Shown: positions 19,804 through 29,351, numbered from the stretch's first letter. The stretch: 64,000 nt of DNA from Firmicutes bacterium UBA1702 (GCA_002320005.1 DCJK01000013.1:107049-171048); one strand, 5' to 3'. Notes: generated from the sequence alone by a model not told the origin. Translations and numbers: made by a program.

Positions 19804-20301
19804 ATGGCTCTTACACATTTTGACAATAACGGAAAAGCAAGAATGGTGGATGTTTCGCATAAAGACGATACGGAACGTATTGCCAGAGCAAAGGGTAGCA
19901 TAGAGTTAAATGAAGCCGCTTACGGAGCTGTGCTGAAAGGTGAATCGTCAAAAGGCGATGTCCTTGCTGTTGCAACGGTTGCGGGCATTATGGGAGCAAA
20001 GAAAACCTGGGAACTGATACCGATGTGTCATTCAATCAGTCTTACCGGGTGCGATATAACTTTTGAAAAACGCCCCCGCAGAGACTCGGGCGGAGGAGAG
20101 GTGATCTGCACCTGCACGGTAAAAACCACGGGAAAGACAGGCGCCGAAATGGAGGCTCTTACAGGTGTCAGCACAGCGCTTCTTACAGTCTACGACATGC
20201 TCAAAGCGGTGGACAGAGGGATGAAAATCGGAGAAATATATCTGATGGAAAAGGATGGCGGTAAGAGCGGGCATTATTTAAAGGAGGATCACCATGAATA
20301 A
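19804..20301 (+). CDS. moaC: cyclic pyranopterin monophosphate synthase
   Basis: LTHFDNNGKARMVDVSHK..., MCHSI, and EMEALTGVS with the motif continuing as TALLTVYDM. Confidence 0.9.
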   Translation: MALTHFDNNGKARMVDVSHKDDTERIARAKGSIELNEAAYGAVLKGESSKGDVLAVATVAGIMGAKKTWELIPMCHSISLTGCDITFEKRPRRDSGGGEVICTCTVKTTGKTGAEMEALTGVSTALLTVYDMLKAVDRGMKIGEIYLMEKDGGKSGHYLKEDHHE

Positions 20302-20824
20302 CAGCAGAGCTGACATTGAAAAAAACTATAATGCAGCGATAATAACATTGAGCGATAAGGGCGCCGCCGGCCTGCGAAAGGACGAAAGCGGTCCTGCCAT
20401 AAAGCAGATGCTGGAGAAAAGCGGATTCTGTAAGGTGGAAGAAGAACTGATAATGGCGGATGAACCGGAGGAACTAAAAACCGCTCTGATAAGAATGTGT
20501 GACAGCTGCGGATACAATCTTATACTGACCACCGGAGGCACAGGCCTGTCGCCCAGAGATTTTACGCCGGAAGCAACCCTGGCAGTTGCTGATCGAAACG
20601 TACCGGGAATTTCGGAATATATGAGAGCAAAATCCTGCGAGATAACACCCAGAGCCATGCTCTCAAGAGGCGTGTCGGTAATCCGCGGAAAAAGCCTTAT
20701 TATAAATCTTCCCGGAAGTCCCAAGGCTGCTGTGGAGAACCTGGGTTTTATCATGCCCGCATTGGAGCATGCTCTGGAAATAGTAAGCGGCAGCGGCGGA
20801 GAGTGCGCAGCCCATGGCGCATAA
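20294..20824 (+). CDS. MogA/MoaB family molybdopterin adenylyltransferase
   Basis: ITLSDKG..., LILTTGGTGLSPRD, INLPGSPKA motifs. Overlaps moaC by 8 nt. Confidence 0.85.
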   Translation: MNNSRADIEKNYNAAIITLSDKGAAGLRKDESGPAIKQMLEKSGFCKVEEELIMADEPEELKTALIRMCDSCGYNLILTTGGTGLSPRDFTPEATLAVADRNVPGISEYMRAKSCEITPRAMLSRGVSVIRGKSLIINLPGSPKAAVENLGFIMPALEHALEIVSGSGGECAAHGA

Positions 20825-20850
20825 TTTGAGAAAGGGGAAGGAGAAAAGTC

Positions 20851-21831
20851 ATGCCATTAAAAATAGTGAGAAATGATATAACCACAATGAAGGTTGATGC
20901 TATAGTAAATGCTGCAAACAACTCTCTTTTAGGGGGCGGCGGAGTTGACGGATGCATACACCGGGCGGCAGGGCCTGAACTGCTGGAAGAATGCCGCAAG
21001 CTTCACGGCTGTGAAACAGGCGATGCAAAAATCACCGGAGGATATAAGCTGCCATGCAGATATGTCATTCATACCGTGGGTCCTGTATGGAGAGGCGGAG
21101 ACCACAACGAAAAGGCGCTGCTTGAATCGTGCTACAGAAGATCCATGGAGCTGGCACTGGAACACCGGTGCACCAGTATTGCCTTTCCTCTTATTTCGGC
21201 AGGTGTATATGGGTATCCCAAAGATAAAGCTCTGAAGGTGGCCATAGACGTAATCGGTGATTTTCTGCTGCGGCATGAAATGGATGCGTACATAGTTATT
21301 TTTGATAAAAAAGCATACCAGATAAGTGAAAAACTCTTCGGAAACATAAGAAGATACATCGATGACAATTACGTAAAAAGTCATGAAGAACCGCCAGAAT
21401 ACATGGCTTACCGTGCTGCCGCTGCAAGGGAATGCCAAATGCAGAATATCGGCGCAGCCAATATGTCGCTGGATGAAAAGCTCAAGCAGCTGGATGAAAG
21501 TTTTTCCCAGATGCTTCTCAGAAAAATAGACGAAAAGGGTATGAAAGATTCTCAGTGCTACAAGAAAGCCAACATTGACCGCAAGCTTTTTTCGAAAATC
21601 CGCAGCGATGTCAATTACAGGCCTAGCAAGACGACAGCTATCGCCTTTGCCATCGCGCTGGAACTTCCCCCTGATGAAACTGCCGACATGCTGAAAAAAG
21701 CCGGATTTGCGCTGTCCCACAGCAACATTTTCGACCTTATCATTGAATACTTTATCGAGGAAGGAAATTACAATATTTTTGAGATAAACGAAGCGCTTTT
21801 TGCCTTCGATCAGCCGCTGCTGGGAGCGTGA
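20851..21831 (+). CDS. macro domain (ADP-ribose binding/hydrolase) protein fused to a C-terminal XRE-like HTH-type domain
   Basis: N-terminal [26 protein letters not shown] macro motif. The C-terminal part of about 130 aa has the pattern ...[29 protein letters not shown]... Confidence 0.8.
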   Translation: MPLKIVRNDITTMKVDAIVNAANNSLLGGGGVDGCIHRAAGPELLEECRKLHGCETGDAKITGGYKLPCRYVIHTVGPVWRGGDHNEKALLESCYRRSMELALEHRCTSIAFPLISAGVYGYPKDKALKVAIDVIGDFLLRHEMDAYIVIFDKKAYQISEKLFGNIRRYIDDNYVKSHEEPPEYMAYRAAAARECQMQNIGAANMSLDEKLKQLDESFSQMLLRKIDEKGMKDSQCYKKANIDRKLFSKIRSDVNYRPSKTTAIAFAIALELPPDETADMLKKAGFALSHSNIFDLIIEYFIEEGNYNIFEINEALFAFDQPLLGA

Positions 21832-21929
21832 TAATTGTCGCCCGGCAGGCGACCGTTACATACATACGATAATTTATAATGTGACTGTAAGTTGAAGCTG
21901 CAGTCACTTTTTTATAGGAGGTATGTGAC

Positions 21930-22592
21930 ATGAAAAAAGAAAAAAAGAACAATACAACAGAGCTGGTATTCATAATTGACAGAAGCGGTTCCATGGCCGG
22001 CCTTGAAGAAGATACGGTGGGCGGATTTAACGCAATGATCGAGAAACAGAAGAAAAAAGATGGTCTGTGCCTGGTAACTACCGTATTCTTTGATAATGAG
22101 TCAGAAATTATTCACGACAGAATAAGACTGGAAGATGTACCTGAAATGGCAGATGAGTACTATGTGAGAGGCTGCACCGCACTTCTGGATGCTGTAGGGA
22201 AAACCATAGAGCACATTGGAAACATTCACAAATATGCGCGGCCTGAAGACGTACCGGCCAACACGATTTTTATAATAACCACCGATGGTATGGAAAATGC
22301 CAGCCACAAATTCACAAAAGACAAAGTGAAAAAGATGATAGAACGTCAGAAAAAGAAATACGGCTGGGAATTTATCTTTATAGGGGCCAACATAGACGCA
22401 GTCAATGTAGCGGCAGGTATAGGCATAGGAGCTGACAGAGCAGCCAACTACCATGCAGACTCAAGAGGAACCAGGGTCAATTTTGAAGCCATGAGTAAAG
22501 CCGTCTTCTCCATGAGAGAAGCAGGAGCAATACCTGACAACTGGAAAGAAGAGGTGGATAAGGATTTCGCAAGCCGTTGCAAAAAACCATGA
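21930..22592 (+). CDS. vWA (von Willebrand factor A) domain-containing protein
   Basis: VFIIDRSGSM MIDAS (DxSxS) motif, TDGMEN. 220 aa, no signal peptide. Confidence 0.8.
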   Translation: MKKEKKNNTTELVFIIDRSGSMAGLEEDTVGGFNAMIEKQKKKDGLCLVTTVFFDNESEIIHDRIRLEDVPEMADEYYVRGCTALLDAVGKTIEHIGNIHKYARPEDVPANTIFIITTDGMENASHKFTKDKVKKMIERQKKKYGWEFIFIGANIDAVNVAAGIGIGADRAANYHADSRGTRVNFEAMSKAVFSMREAGAIPDNWKEEVDKDFASRCKKP

Positions 22593-22652
22593 GGCGTGGG
22601 ATAATTAAAAAAATAACTGCTCAAGCAGAAGATAGAAAGTGAGAATAGCTAA

Positions 22653-23045
22653 ATGACAGAAGTGGTGGCGGCGCTGATAGGAAAGGAAAATAAATTCATG
22701 ATATGTCAACGGCCGGAGCATAAGACCAGAGGGCTGCTCTGGGAATTTCCGGGCGGAAAAGTGGAGAAAGGAGAGATGATGAGGCAGGCTCTTTCACGGG
22801 AATGCATGGAAGAGCTGGGAATTGAAATCGAAACAGGGAGCATTTTTATCGAGGTTGTTCACGCATATCCTGACATAACGGTACACCTGACGCTTTTCAA
22901 TGCGCAGATAATCAGCGGAGAGCCGCAGCTTCTGGAGCACAATGATATACGCTGGATTACACCGGAGGAAATATCTGAATATGAGTTTTGCCAGGCAGAT
23001 GAAGAAATCCTTAAGAAGATAAAGGATGAATGGAAGCAGGCATAA
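22653..23045 (+). CDS. NUDIX hydrolase (MutT-like)
   Basis: Nudix box GGKVEKGEMMRQALSRECMEELGI. Confidence 0.85.
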   Translation: MTEVVAALIGKENKFMICQRPEHKTRGLLWEFPGGKVEKGEMMRQALSRECMEELGIEIETGSIFIEVVHAYPDITVHLTLFNAQIISGEPQLLEHNDIRWITPEEISEYEFCQADEEILKKIKDEWKQA

Positions 23046-23109
23046 CTCCGGGGTAAAGAAGCATATGGATGTGGGAGAAAGTGATAATTATGCAAAAAAT
23101 GAATAAAGA

Positions 23110-23138
23110 TTGACAATAAAATATTTAGGTGATATAGT
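23110..23138 (+). promoter_or_regulatory. sigma-A type promoter of the aminotransferase-NhaC pair
   Basis: TTGACA, 17-nt spacer, TATAGT. Confidence 0.6.
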
Positions 23139-23180
23139 CTAAATGTGAAGAAAATGTGAAAAATTTGAGGAGGAACGGAA

Positions 23181-24557
23181 ATGACGCCTGAAGCAGAGAA
23201 ATACTTTGATTCCCTTAAAGAGACTTATGCGTCACAGAGACCAAAATCAGAAGCTCTCCACAAAAAGGCCTGCAGATACATGCCCGGGGGAGATACAAGG
23301 ACAGCGACATTTTTCCTTCCTTTCCCTAATTTTATAGAACGCGGAGAAGGAGCGTATATGTATGATGCCGACGGGCATAAACTCCTGGACTTTCAGAATA
23401 ACTATACTTCGCTGATTCACGGCCATGCTCACAAGGAAACTGTGGAAGCGGTGTGTCAGCAGATGGCCAGAGGAAGTGCGTACACGGCTCCTTTTGAAAA
23501 GCAGATAGAATTGTCAGGGCTTCTGGCGGAGAGATTTCCGGGGATAGATCTCATTCGGTTCACAAATTCCGGCACAGAGGCCAATATGCATGCGCTCAGA
23601 ATTGCCAGAGCATATACAGGCAAAGCCAAAATAATCAAGACCGAAGGCGGGTATCACGGCACCACTGATGTGTTTGAGGCCAGCGTGGATCCTAACATCA
23701 AGAAAGCCGGAACTCTGGACAGCATAAAAGTAATACCGGAATCAAGAGGAGTTTCGGAGAACGCGCTGAAGGATGTCCTGGTGGCGCCTTTCAATGATAT
23801 CGAGAGAACTGCAAAAATCATTGAAGAGCATCACCATGAGACAGCGTGCATGATAATAGAGCCGATAATGGGATCTGCGGGACAGATAACTCCGAAGATT
23901 GAATATCTCACATTTCTTAGAGAAATAACTGAAAGATACAATATCGTACTGATATTTGACGAAGTTGTTACAGGAAGGCTGACGACGGGAGGCGCGCAGA
24001 AATATTACGGCGTAACTCCCGACATCACGACGCTGGGCAAGATTATAGGAGGCGGCACGCCGGTGGGCGCCTTTGGCGGAAAAGAAGAGATCATGCAGAT
24101 GTATGACCCACGCAGAAAGCAGATGTACCACTCCGGAACTTTTAACGGCAACGCAGTTACCATGGCCGCAGGACTTGCTACCATGAAGGCTTTCGACGAA
24201 GAAAAGGCTGCCTATGTCAACAAGCTGGGAGACAGATTCAGGGACGGAATACTGGGTATTTATCGCAGACTTGGACTTAACATGCAGATAAGCGGCGCCG
24301 GATCAATCTATAACACTTTGTTTACGGATAAGCCGGTAAGCAATTACAGGGATGTTGCTACCGCACACGAAGAACTTAATAAAATTTTATATATGGCCCT
24401 TCTAAATAAAGGTGTATTCAATGCAGAGAGAGGAATGTTCTGTATGTCGACAGCCATGACGGAAAGTGATGTTGACTTCGGGCTTGACGCGGTGAAATCC
24501 GCGCTGGGAGATATGCTGCCTGTCATAGCAGCAGAGGCACCGGAACTTATACTTTAG
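23181..24557 (+). CDS. class III PLP aminotransferase (glutamate-1-semialdehyde aminomutase-like)
   Basis: FTNSGTEANMHALRIARAYTG, FDEVVTGR, TLGKIIGGG (PLP lysine). Confidence 0.8.
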   Translation: MTPEAEKYFDSLKETYASQRPKSEALHKKACRYMPGGDTRTATFFLPFPNFIERGEGAYMYDADGHKLLDFQNNYTSLIHGHAHKETVEAVCQQMARGSAYTAPFEKQIELSGLLAERFPGIDLIRFTNSGTEANMHALRIARAYTGKAKIIKTEGGYHGTTDVFEASVDPNIKKAGTLDSIKVIPESRGVSENALKDVLVAPFNDIERTAKIIEEHHHETACMIIEPIMGSAGQITPKIEYLTFLREITERYNIVLIFDEVVTGRLTTGGAQKYYGVTPDITTLGKIIGGGTPVGAFGGKEEIMQMYDPRRKQMYHSGTFNGNAVTMAAGLATMKAFDEEKAAYVNKLGDRFRDGILGIYRRLGLNMQISGAGSIYNTLFTDKPVSNYRDVATAHEELNKILYMALLNKGVFNAERGMFCMSTAMTESDVDFGLDAVKSALGDMLPVIAAEAPELIL

Positions 24558-24617
24558 TTCTTTCGGCAGCCGCAAAGGCATGTCTTGAGAATATAATTCA
24601 CACTACAGGAGGACAAA

Positions 24618-26099
24618 ATGAAAGAGAAGAGACAACCCCGCCTTCCTAAATTCTGGGAAGCCCTCATACCGGTAGCCGCTATTCTTGCATTCATGCTGCT
24701 TGGTACTCTCGTGTGGGGCATGGACCCACATGTTCCGTTGGTTCTGGCAACCGTGATAACCGCAGGCGTAGCTGCATGGTGCGGATACTCATGGGATGCA
24801 ATAATAACCGGAGCTCTGGACAGCATCAAGAGTGCTGTTGAAGCGTTACTTATCATTCTGTGTGTCGGCATGCTCATTGGTTCATGGGTATGGGCAGGAA
24901 CAATGCCTGCCATGGTATACTATGGACTTGAGTTTATCGCACCGGGAGCATTTCTTGTATTAGGTGCAATTCTTACGGCAATCGTAGGACTTGCAACAGG
25001 ATCATCCTGGACAGCTTCAGGTACCGTTGGTGTAGCCCTTATGGGTGTTGCCATGGGTCTTGGCATTCCTGCACCTCTGGCTGCCGGAATGGTTATCTCA
25101 GGCGCGTACACAGGCGACAAACTGTCACCGCTGTCCGATTCTACAAACGTTGCAGCTGCAGCAGCAGGAACTCCGCTTTATGATCATGTAAGCGCCATGA
25201 TGACAACTACAGTTCCAAGCTTCCTGATTTCGCTTGTTTTCTACGGAATCGCAGGTGCTATCGTAATCGATGCAGACGGATATGATCCTACACTGGCTCG
25301 CGAAATCCAGCAGGCTATCGCTGATAACTTTAACCTGAGCCCATGGCTCATGCTGCCTGTACTGGTAGTTATCATTGCCGCTGTAAAGAGAATTCCTGCA
25401 ATACCTTCACTTCTGCTGGCAGCAGCTTTCGCAGGTATAATCGCCATGATCGCACAGGGCGCATCCCTGGCAGAAGTTCTCAGCTCATTCCAGGTAGGAT
25501 ACTCTGCAGAAACCGGAAATGAAATTGCTGACAAGCTGTTAAACCGCGGAGGCCTTGACAACATGCTCTGGACCATTTCACTGATCATGTTTGCCCTGGC
25601 ATACGGCGGAATGATGGAAAAATGCGGATTTGTAGAAGCTCTCATGGGAAGATTCGTAAGAAAGGTAAAGAACGTCGGCGGACTGGTTGCTGCAACCATC
25701 GTTACCGGTATAATCTGCGATGTAATCCTTACAGACCAGTATCTGGCCATCATGATTCCTTCAAGAATGTTCAGAGACGGATTCGATGCAAAAGGCCTGT
25801 CAAGAAGCTTCCTGTCAAGAACAACCGAGGATGGTGCTACTCTGTGGTCACCAATGATCCCTTGGAACGGATGCGGAGCATATCAGTCTGCAACATTGGG
25901 AGTTTCCAATTGGGCATTCATGCCGTTCGCATTTATGAACCTGATAAATCCTGTTCTGGCAATAACCATTTCGTATCTTGGAATAGGTATCAAGTGGAAA
26001 GAGTTCGACGGACTGAAGGGTGAAGAACTGAAAGCTGCAAAGGCTAAGAAGAAAGCTGAGCTTAAAGCGGCAAAGGAGGCAGCCAAGGCTGCAAAATAA
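24618..26099 (+). CDS. Na+/H+ antiporter NhaC family transporter with a K/A-rich tail
   Basis: Polytopic membrane protein, 493 aa, NhaC-like layout. Confidence 0.75.
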   Translation: MKEKRQPRLPKFWEALIPVAAILAFMLLGTLVWGMDPHVPLVLATVITAGVAAWCGYSWDAIITGALDSIKSAVEALLIILCVGMLIGSWVWAGTMPAMVYYGLEFIAPGAFLVLGAILTAIVGLATGSSWTASGTVGVALMGVAMGLGIPAPLAAGMVISGAYTGDKLSPLSDSTNVAAAAAGTPLYDHVSAMMTTTVPSFLISLVFYGIAGAIVIDADGYDPTLAREIQQAIADNFNLSPWLMLPVLVVIIAAVKRIPAIPSLLLAAAFAGIIAMIAQGASLAEVLSSFQVGYSAETGNEIADKLLNRGGLDNMLWTISLIMFALAYGGMMEKCGFVEALMGRFVRKVKNVGGLVAATIVTGIICDVILTDQYLAIMIPSRMFRDGFDAKGLSRSFLSRTTEDGATLWSPMIPWNGCGAYQSATLGVSNWAFMPFAFMNLINPVLAITISYLGIGIKWKEFDGLKGEELKAAKAKKKAELKAAKEAAKAAK

Positions 26100-26125
26100 A
26101 TCCGCTGCTGCAAAGAGGATGTAAA

Positions 26126-26542
26126 ATGAAGGAATATGTTTCAATAGATACAAAGCAGACAAAACTGTCGACGAGAATAGTGGCCCTTATAGTGAGCATG
26201 GTTCTCATCGGAATCAGCATCGTAAGGAGGTCCATTTACGGCGGACTTATCGGTGCAATGATTATTGCAGCCATGCTGCTGACAAAGAAAACCTACGTAT
26301 GCGAGGAAGGGCTGGTAGTCCTTTACGACGTTATCGTCTACAAATACAAAGAGGTCTGGCCGTGGGAGGATATTCTGGAGATACATAGGGAACTGTCACC
26401 TGACGGAAAGAAATATGCTCTTCATTTTATGAAAGAGGTTATGTCAAAACGCCTGGTCTATGACATACCGCAGGCAAAGGCTGTAATGAACTTTGCAAAG
26501 GAAATGAACCCCGAAATACATTTCGGAGATGTCAATGACTGA
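26126..26542 (+). CDS. hypothetical membrane protein (2 TM helices plus a small soluble domain)
   Basis: ORF with an RBS and two hydrophobic helices. No recognised motif. Confidence 0.5.
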   Translation: MKEYVSIDTKQTKLSTRIVALIVSMVLIGISIVRRSIYGGLIGAMIIAAMLLTKKTYVCEEGLVVLYDVIVYKYKEVWPWEDILEIHRELSPDGKKYALHFMKEVMSKRLVYDIPQAKAVMNFAKEMNPEIHFGDVND

Positions 26543-26560
26543 CGGCAACATAAGACAACA

Positions 26561-26592
26561 ACACCCGCAGCCTTGCAGGCTGCGGGTGTTTT
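26561..26592 (+). terminator. intrinsic terminator
   Basis: acacccgcagcc-ttgc-aggctgcgggtgt followed by tttt. Confidence 0.75.
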
Positions 26593-26685
26593 GCAGTTCA
26601 ATGTACCATTCAATTGTGCAAACCGGAAGTTTTAGAGGAAAGCACGGAAACAAGAATCCAAACAAAACAAAAAACTTAGTGCACT

Positions 26686-26775
26686 TTAAAATGCAAGGAA
26701 TACCACCGGTAAATCAGTCTTAAGTTTTTTGCTCATTCTTTTAGATTCATCATACATGTTCTCCATAGTAGCCAT
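26686..26775 (-). pseudogene. 5' stub (29 codons) of a DUF1232/YkvA gene, duplicate of the start of 37573..37965
   Basis: MATMENMYDESKRMSKKLKTDLPVVFLAF then stop. Homology to the full gene ends at 26690. Confidence 0.8.
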
Positions 26776-26950
26776 GGGTTGAGTATATTATAGCAGGCAG
26801 ATAATTTTTTTCAATGCGGCAACCGCCGGAAGGGAAAGTGTGTGAAGCAAATAAAAAGTCCATCGCAATTCCTTTTAAATCACGATGGACTCATGGCGGA
26901 GAGTCAGGGATTCGAACCCTGGGTCCCTTTCGGAACACAGCATTTCGAGT
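26690..26950. repeat. left copy of the 261/262-bp imperfect direct repeat bounding the island (att-like)
   Basis: Aligns base for base with 37880..38141 (offset 11190), with about a dozen differences. Contains a DUF1232 5' stub, its promoter, the tRNA terminator and the 3' half of tRNA-Ser. Confidence 0.9.
26894..26950 (-). pseudogene. truncated tRNA-Ser: 3' half only (anticodon loop to CCA)
   Basis: tggcggagagtcagggattcgaaccctgggtccctttcggaacacagcatttcgagt matches the 3' part of the intact tRNA at 38084..38172. Similarity stops at the anticodon stem-loop. Confidence 0.85.
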
Positions 26951-27208
26951 CTTTTATGCAACTGTGACGGGGATGTCCGTTTTGGGGTCGTTTCTGTAAG
27001 CCCCGTACCCGCCGAAAGCCGCTTGAAATCAGGATTTTTCGCTCGGAAAGCCTTGCGGGACGGGCTTTTTTTAAAGTGGGTTCAAATCGGCATTTTTCCC
27101 GATTTTGGAGAGAAATGCGGGAAGATAGGAGAGAAAAACCGGGAGACGGCCATACACCGCAGGATAGAGCTTCCAACCGACGAAAATCTATTTTTGAGGT
27201 GTTACAAA

Positions 27209-27780
27209 TGGATGTATTCCCCGTTAACTGGGACAGCGTTCCCGAGGTAATGAACAAGGAGCAATTCTTCCGCATCTGCCATATCAGCAAGTCCACGGCG
27301 CTGCACCTGCTCAAAAGCGGCAAGGTGCCCTGCGAGTGGACAGGCAAGAAAACCCGGTGCTATAAAATCAAAAAAGAGGATGTTCGGGCGTACCTTGAGG
27401 AACAAGCCGTTTACCCCGAGCTCTATTCCGCACCGAGGGGATGGTACGGCGGTCACTATGTTGCAAAGCTCTCAAAGGAACTGCCAGAGGATGTACTCCG
27501 GCAAATGCACGACTATTACGCCAAGCTACTCGGCAAATATAAGGATGTCGTTACCGTGCAGGAGGTTGCCGCTTTGACCGGCTACGCCAAAACCACCGTA
27601 AATAATTGGTGCAACCGTGGGGAACTTAAATCCTTCCGCAAAGGACAGCTCTTTTACATACCGAAAATTTTTCTTATAGACTTTTTCTGTTCGCTGACCT
27701 TCCGGTCCATCACCCGCAAAAGCCTGTGGCATATCCAAACGCTCAACGATTTTAGTCGGAAGATGAAGCAGAAGAAGTAA
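27209..27780 (+). CDS. DNA-binding protein with two excisionase/MerR-type HTH (HTH_17-like) domains, mobile-element type
   Basis: GAGGTG RBS. MNKEQFFRICHISKSTALHLLKSGKVP and VTVQEVAALTGYAKTTVNNWCNRGEL. The upstream part of the track ORF has no RBS. Confidence 0.65.
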
Positions 27781-27819
27781 AAGTAACCGCCTCTGCATTT
27801 TCGCAGAGGCGGTTACTTG
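27781..27819. terminator. bidirectional hairpin terminator between convergent genes
   Basis: aagtaaccgcctctgc-attttc-gcagaggcggttactt. Confidence 0.7.
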
Positions 27820-27823
27820 TCAA

Positions 27824-28003
27824 TTAGTCATCATCTTCATCATCCGACCAACCGGATATGATATGTAATTCACCGGAATCCATATCCATTGCCATATTAT
27901 CTCCCATACGCATCAGCAAATCTCCGTCAGAGTCAATTGCCATATTGTCTGAGATTGTATGTGCAAAATCTCCGCCATCATAGTCAAAAAAGTGTTTTCC
28001 CAT
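27824..28003 (-). CDS. small acidic protein (59 aa), paralog of 28788..28970; below the ORF-track cut-off
   Basis: Manual translation gives MGKHFFDYDGGDFAHTISDNMAIDSDGDLLMRMGDNMAMDMDSGELHIISGWSDDEDDD. AGGGGGA RBS. Lies 16 nt after the Zn-ribbon gene. Confidence 0.7.
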   Translation of the reverse strand: MGKHFFDYDGGDFAHTISDNMAIDSDGDLLMRMGDNMAMDMDSGELHIISGWSDDEDDD

Positions 28004-28019
28004 AAATGTTTCCCCCTAC

Positions 28020-28772
28020 TTAATCTAAATACAATTTCATTTTTTCAAATGCATTAACTGTGTCTGTATCATATGTATTAAAATCTTCTGAAAACGTTTG
28101 AAGGCTTCCGGTTGGGCTGATAACCAATTTTGTCATTTGCAAGTAATTGTCATAATAGTCCTTTAATATCGAGTAAACTTCCTCATATTGCGTTGGAGGA
28201 TTCCTCAATTTTTTCAATAAATCAGTAACATTTGATTGATTCAATTCAATTTCATAAATACTGTTCATGAAATTTTCATCAGCAAATAAATTGGATAGAG
28301 CATCATTAAAATCATCTACAAATTTACCGTTCTTCATTGTGTATTTGTCTGTCTCGGCATCTCTTACCTCATAAATTGCATTGTACCATACACTCTTGAT
28401 AAGATTTCCTGCGGTTTCTGCTTTTGCTGCACCGTCAAGCATTTTATAGGTGACGGTTTCTAAATTATCATAATAAATCATTGCGTTGCCTTTACTGATT
28501 GCAAAAGCCGTGAATACTCCGATTGCCAAAATGACAGATAGAATAATTGCGGCAACGACAACACCTTTATGTTTCTTTTTGGGGGCGTTTGTGTTATTGG
28601 GACAACCGCAAGCAGGACAGGAGCTTTCCTCTTTGCCATACAGAGCTCCGCATTCGGCACAGGTCAGAGTGTCGGGTGCGGTCGGGTTCCAGTTTTGGTT
28701 GTTACAGTGCGGGCATAGCGTTGCCTTGTCGCTGATAGGCTGTCCGCAATTTGGGCAGTGTATTAAAGGCAT
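28020..28772 (-). CDS. double zinc-ribbon protein with one TM helix and an extracytoplasmic helical domain of about 160 aa
   Basis: CPNCG..CPHC and CAECG..CPACGC, then KKKHKGVVVAAIILSVILAIGVFTAFAI. AAGGAG RBS. Confidence 0.75.
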   Translation of the reverse strand: MPLIHCPNCGQPISDKATLCPHCNNQNWNPTAPDTLTCAECGALYGKEESSCPACGCPNNTNAPKKKHKGVVVAAIILSVILAIGVFTAFAISKGNAMIYYDNLETVTYKMLDGAAKAETAGNLIKSVWYNAIYEVRDAETDKYTMKNGKFVDDFNDALSNLFADENFMNSIYEIELNQSNVTDLLKKLRNPPTQYEEVYSILKDYYDNYLQMTKLVISPTGSLQTFSEDFNTYDTDTVNAFEKMKLYLD

Positions 28773-28787
28773 ATACCGTCGCTCCTT

Positions 28788-28970
28788 TTAACCGTCATCT
28801 TCTTCGTCGGCAGACCAGGAAGAAATGAAGTGAATATCGCCGGAATCCATGTCCATAGCCATATTATCGCCCATTCGCATCATCATGTTTCCGTCCGAAT
28901 CCATTGCCATATTGTCGGACACGGAATGTACATAGTCTCCGTCGTTGTAATCAAAGAAGTGTTTACCCAT
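28788..28970 (-). CDS. small acidic protein (60 aa) with an internal DNMAxDxDxG repeat
   Basis: MGKHFFDYNDGDYVHSVSDNMAMDSDGNMMMRMGDNMAMDMDSGDIHFISSWSADEEDDG. GAGGAG RBS that overlaps the end of the HNH gene. Confidence 0.7.
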   Translation of the reverse strand: MGKHFFDYNDGDYVHSVSDNMAMDSDGNMMMRMGDNMAMDMDSGDIHFISSWSADEEDDG

Positions 28971-28981
28971 CAGTTTTCTCC

Positions 28982-29293
28982 TCAGTCTTCAATGATTTCA
29001 TATTCCACATGAGAACCTTTTACCCTCCGTGCGTGGAAAGTCGCGCCGTTTGCTTTCCAGTGCGGAAAGTGATTTGCTTTTTCAGCGTTGGTATCACGAT
29101 GGCAAATTATGATATTTTCCGGAACATCGCAACCTCCGCCTGAAAGCGGTCTGATGTGATCAAGCGTCGGGTGATATGCACTGTTCGGATTTCCGCAGGC
29201 TGATTTTTTCATCAGCCGTCCGGAGTAGTCATACGCTTCCTGACTTGCACCGAAAACACGGTTCCACACATCAACGGTTTTATACTTTGACAT
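28982..29293 (-). CDS. HNH endonuclease, minimal (103 aa)
   Basis: LDHIRPLSGGG ... NIIICHRDTNAEK (H-N-N/H beta-beta-alpha pattern). AAGGAGG RBS. Confidence 0.8.
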   Translation of the reverse strand: MSKYKTVDVWNRVFGASQEAYDYSGRLMKKSACGNPNSAYHPTLDHIRPLSGGGCDVPENIIICHRDTNAEKANHFPHWKANGATFHARRVKGSHVEYEIIED

Positions 29294-29351
29294 TTTGAGT
29301 ACCTCCTTTTTTAAGATGTACCCATATTATAATCCAAATAAGAAAAAATAA

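Noticed and set aside
26030-26099. Lys/Ala-rich repeat (KAAKAKKKAELKAAKEAAKAAK) at the end of the NhaC gene as a separate small ORF or fusion.
   Set aside because: It is in frame and contiguous with the transporter ORF, with no internal start or RBS. It is treated as a low-complexity cytoplasmic tail.
24554-26162. Many long antisense ORFs inside transporter genes (for example 24554..24913, 25241..25753 and 25848..26162, and also 43011..43757 and 50009..50458).
   Set aside because: These are typical shadow ORFs opposite GC3-rich membrane-protein genes. The sense-strand products have clear transporter topology and RBSs.
27076-27208. Longer 234-aa version of the island HTH protein starting at 27076.
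   Set aside because: There is no RBS at 27076. GAGGTG sits at correct spacing before the ATG at 27209, and the extension is Arg/Glu-rich low-complexity sequence.
26814-27347. ORFs 26814..26999, 26885..27250 and 26904..27347, and likewise 38004..38240.
   Set aside because: They run across the tRNA-Ser sequence, its terminator and the repeat, and have no RBS. They are artefacts of the open frame over structured or non-coding DNA.
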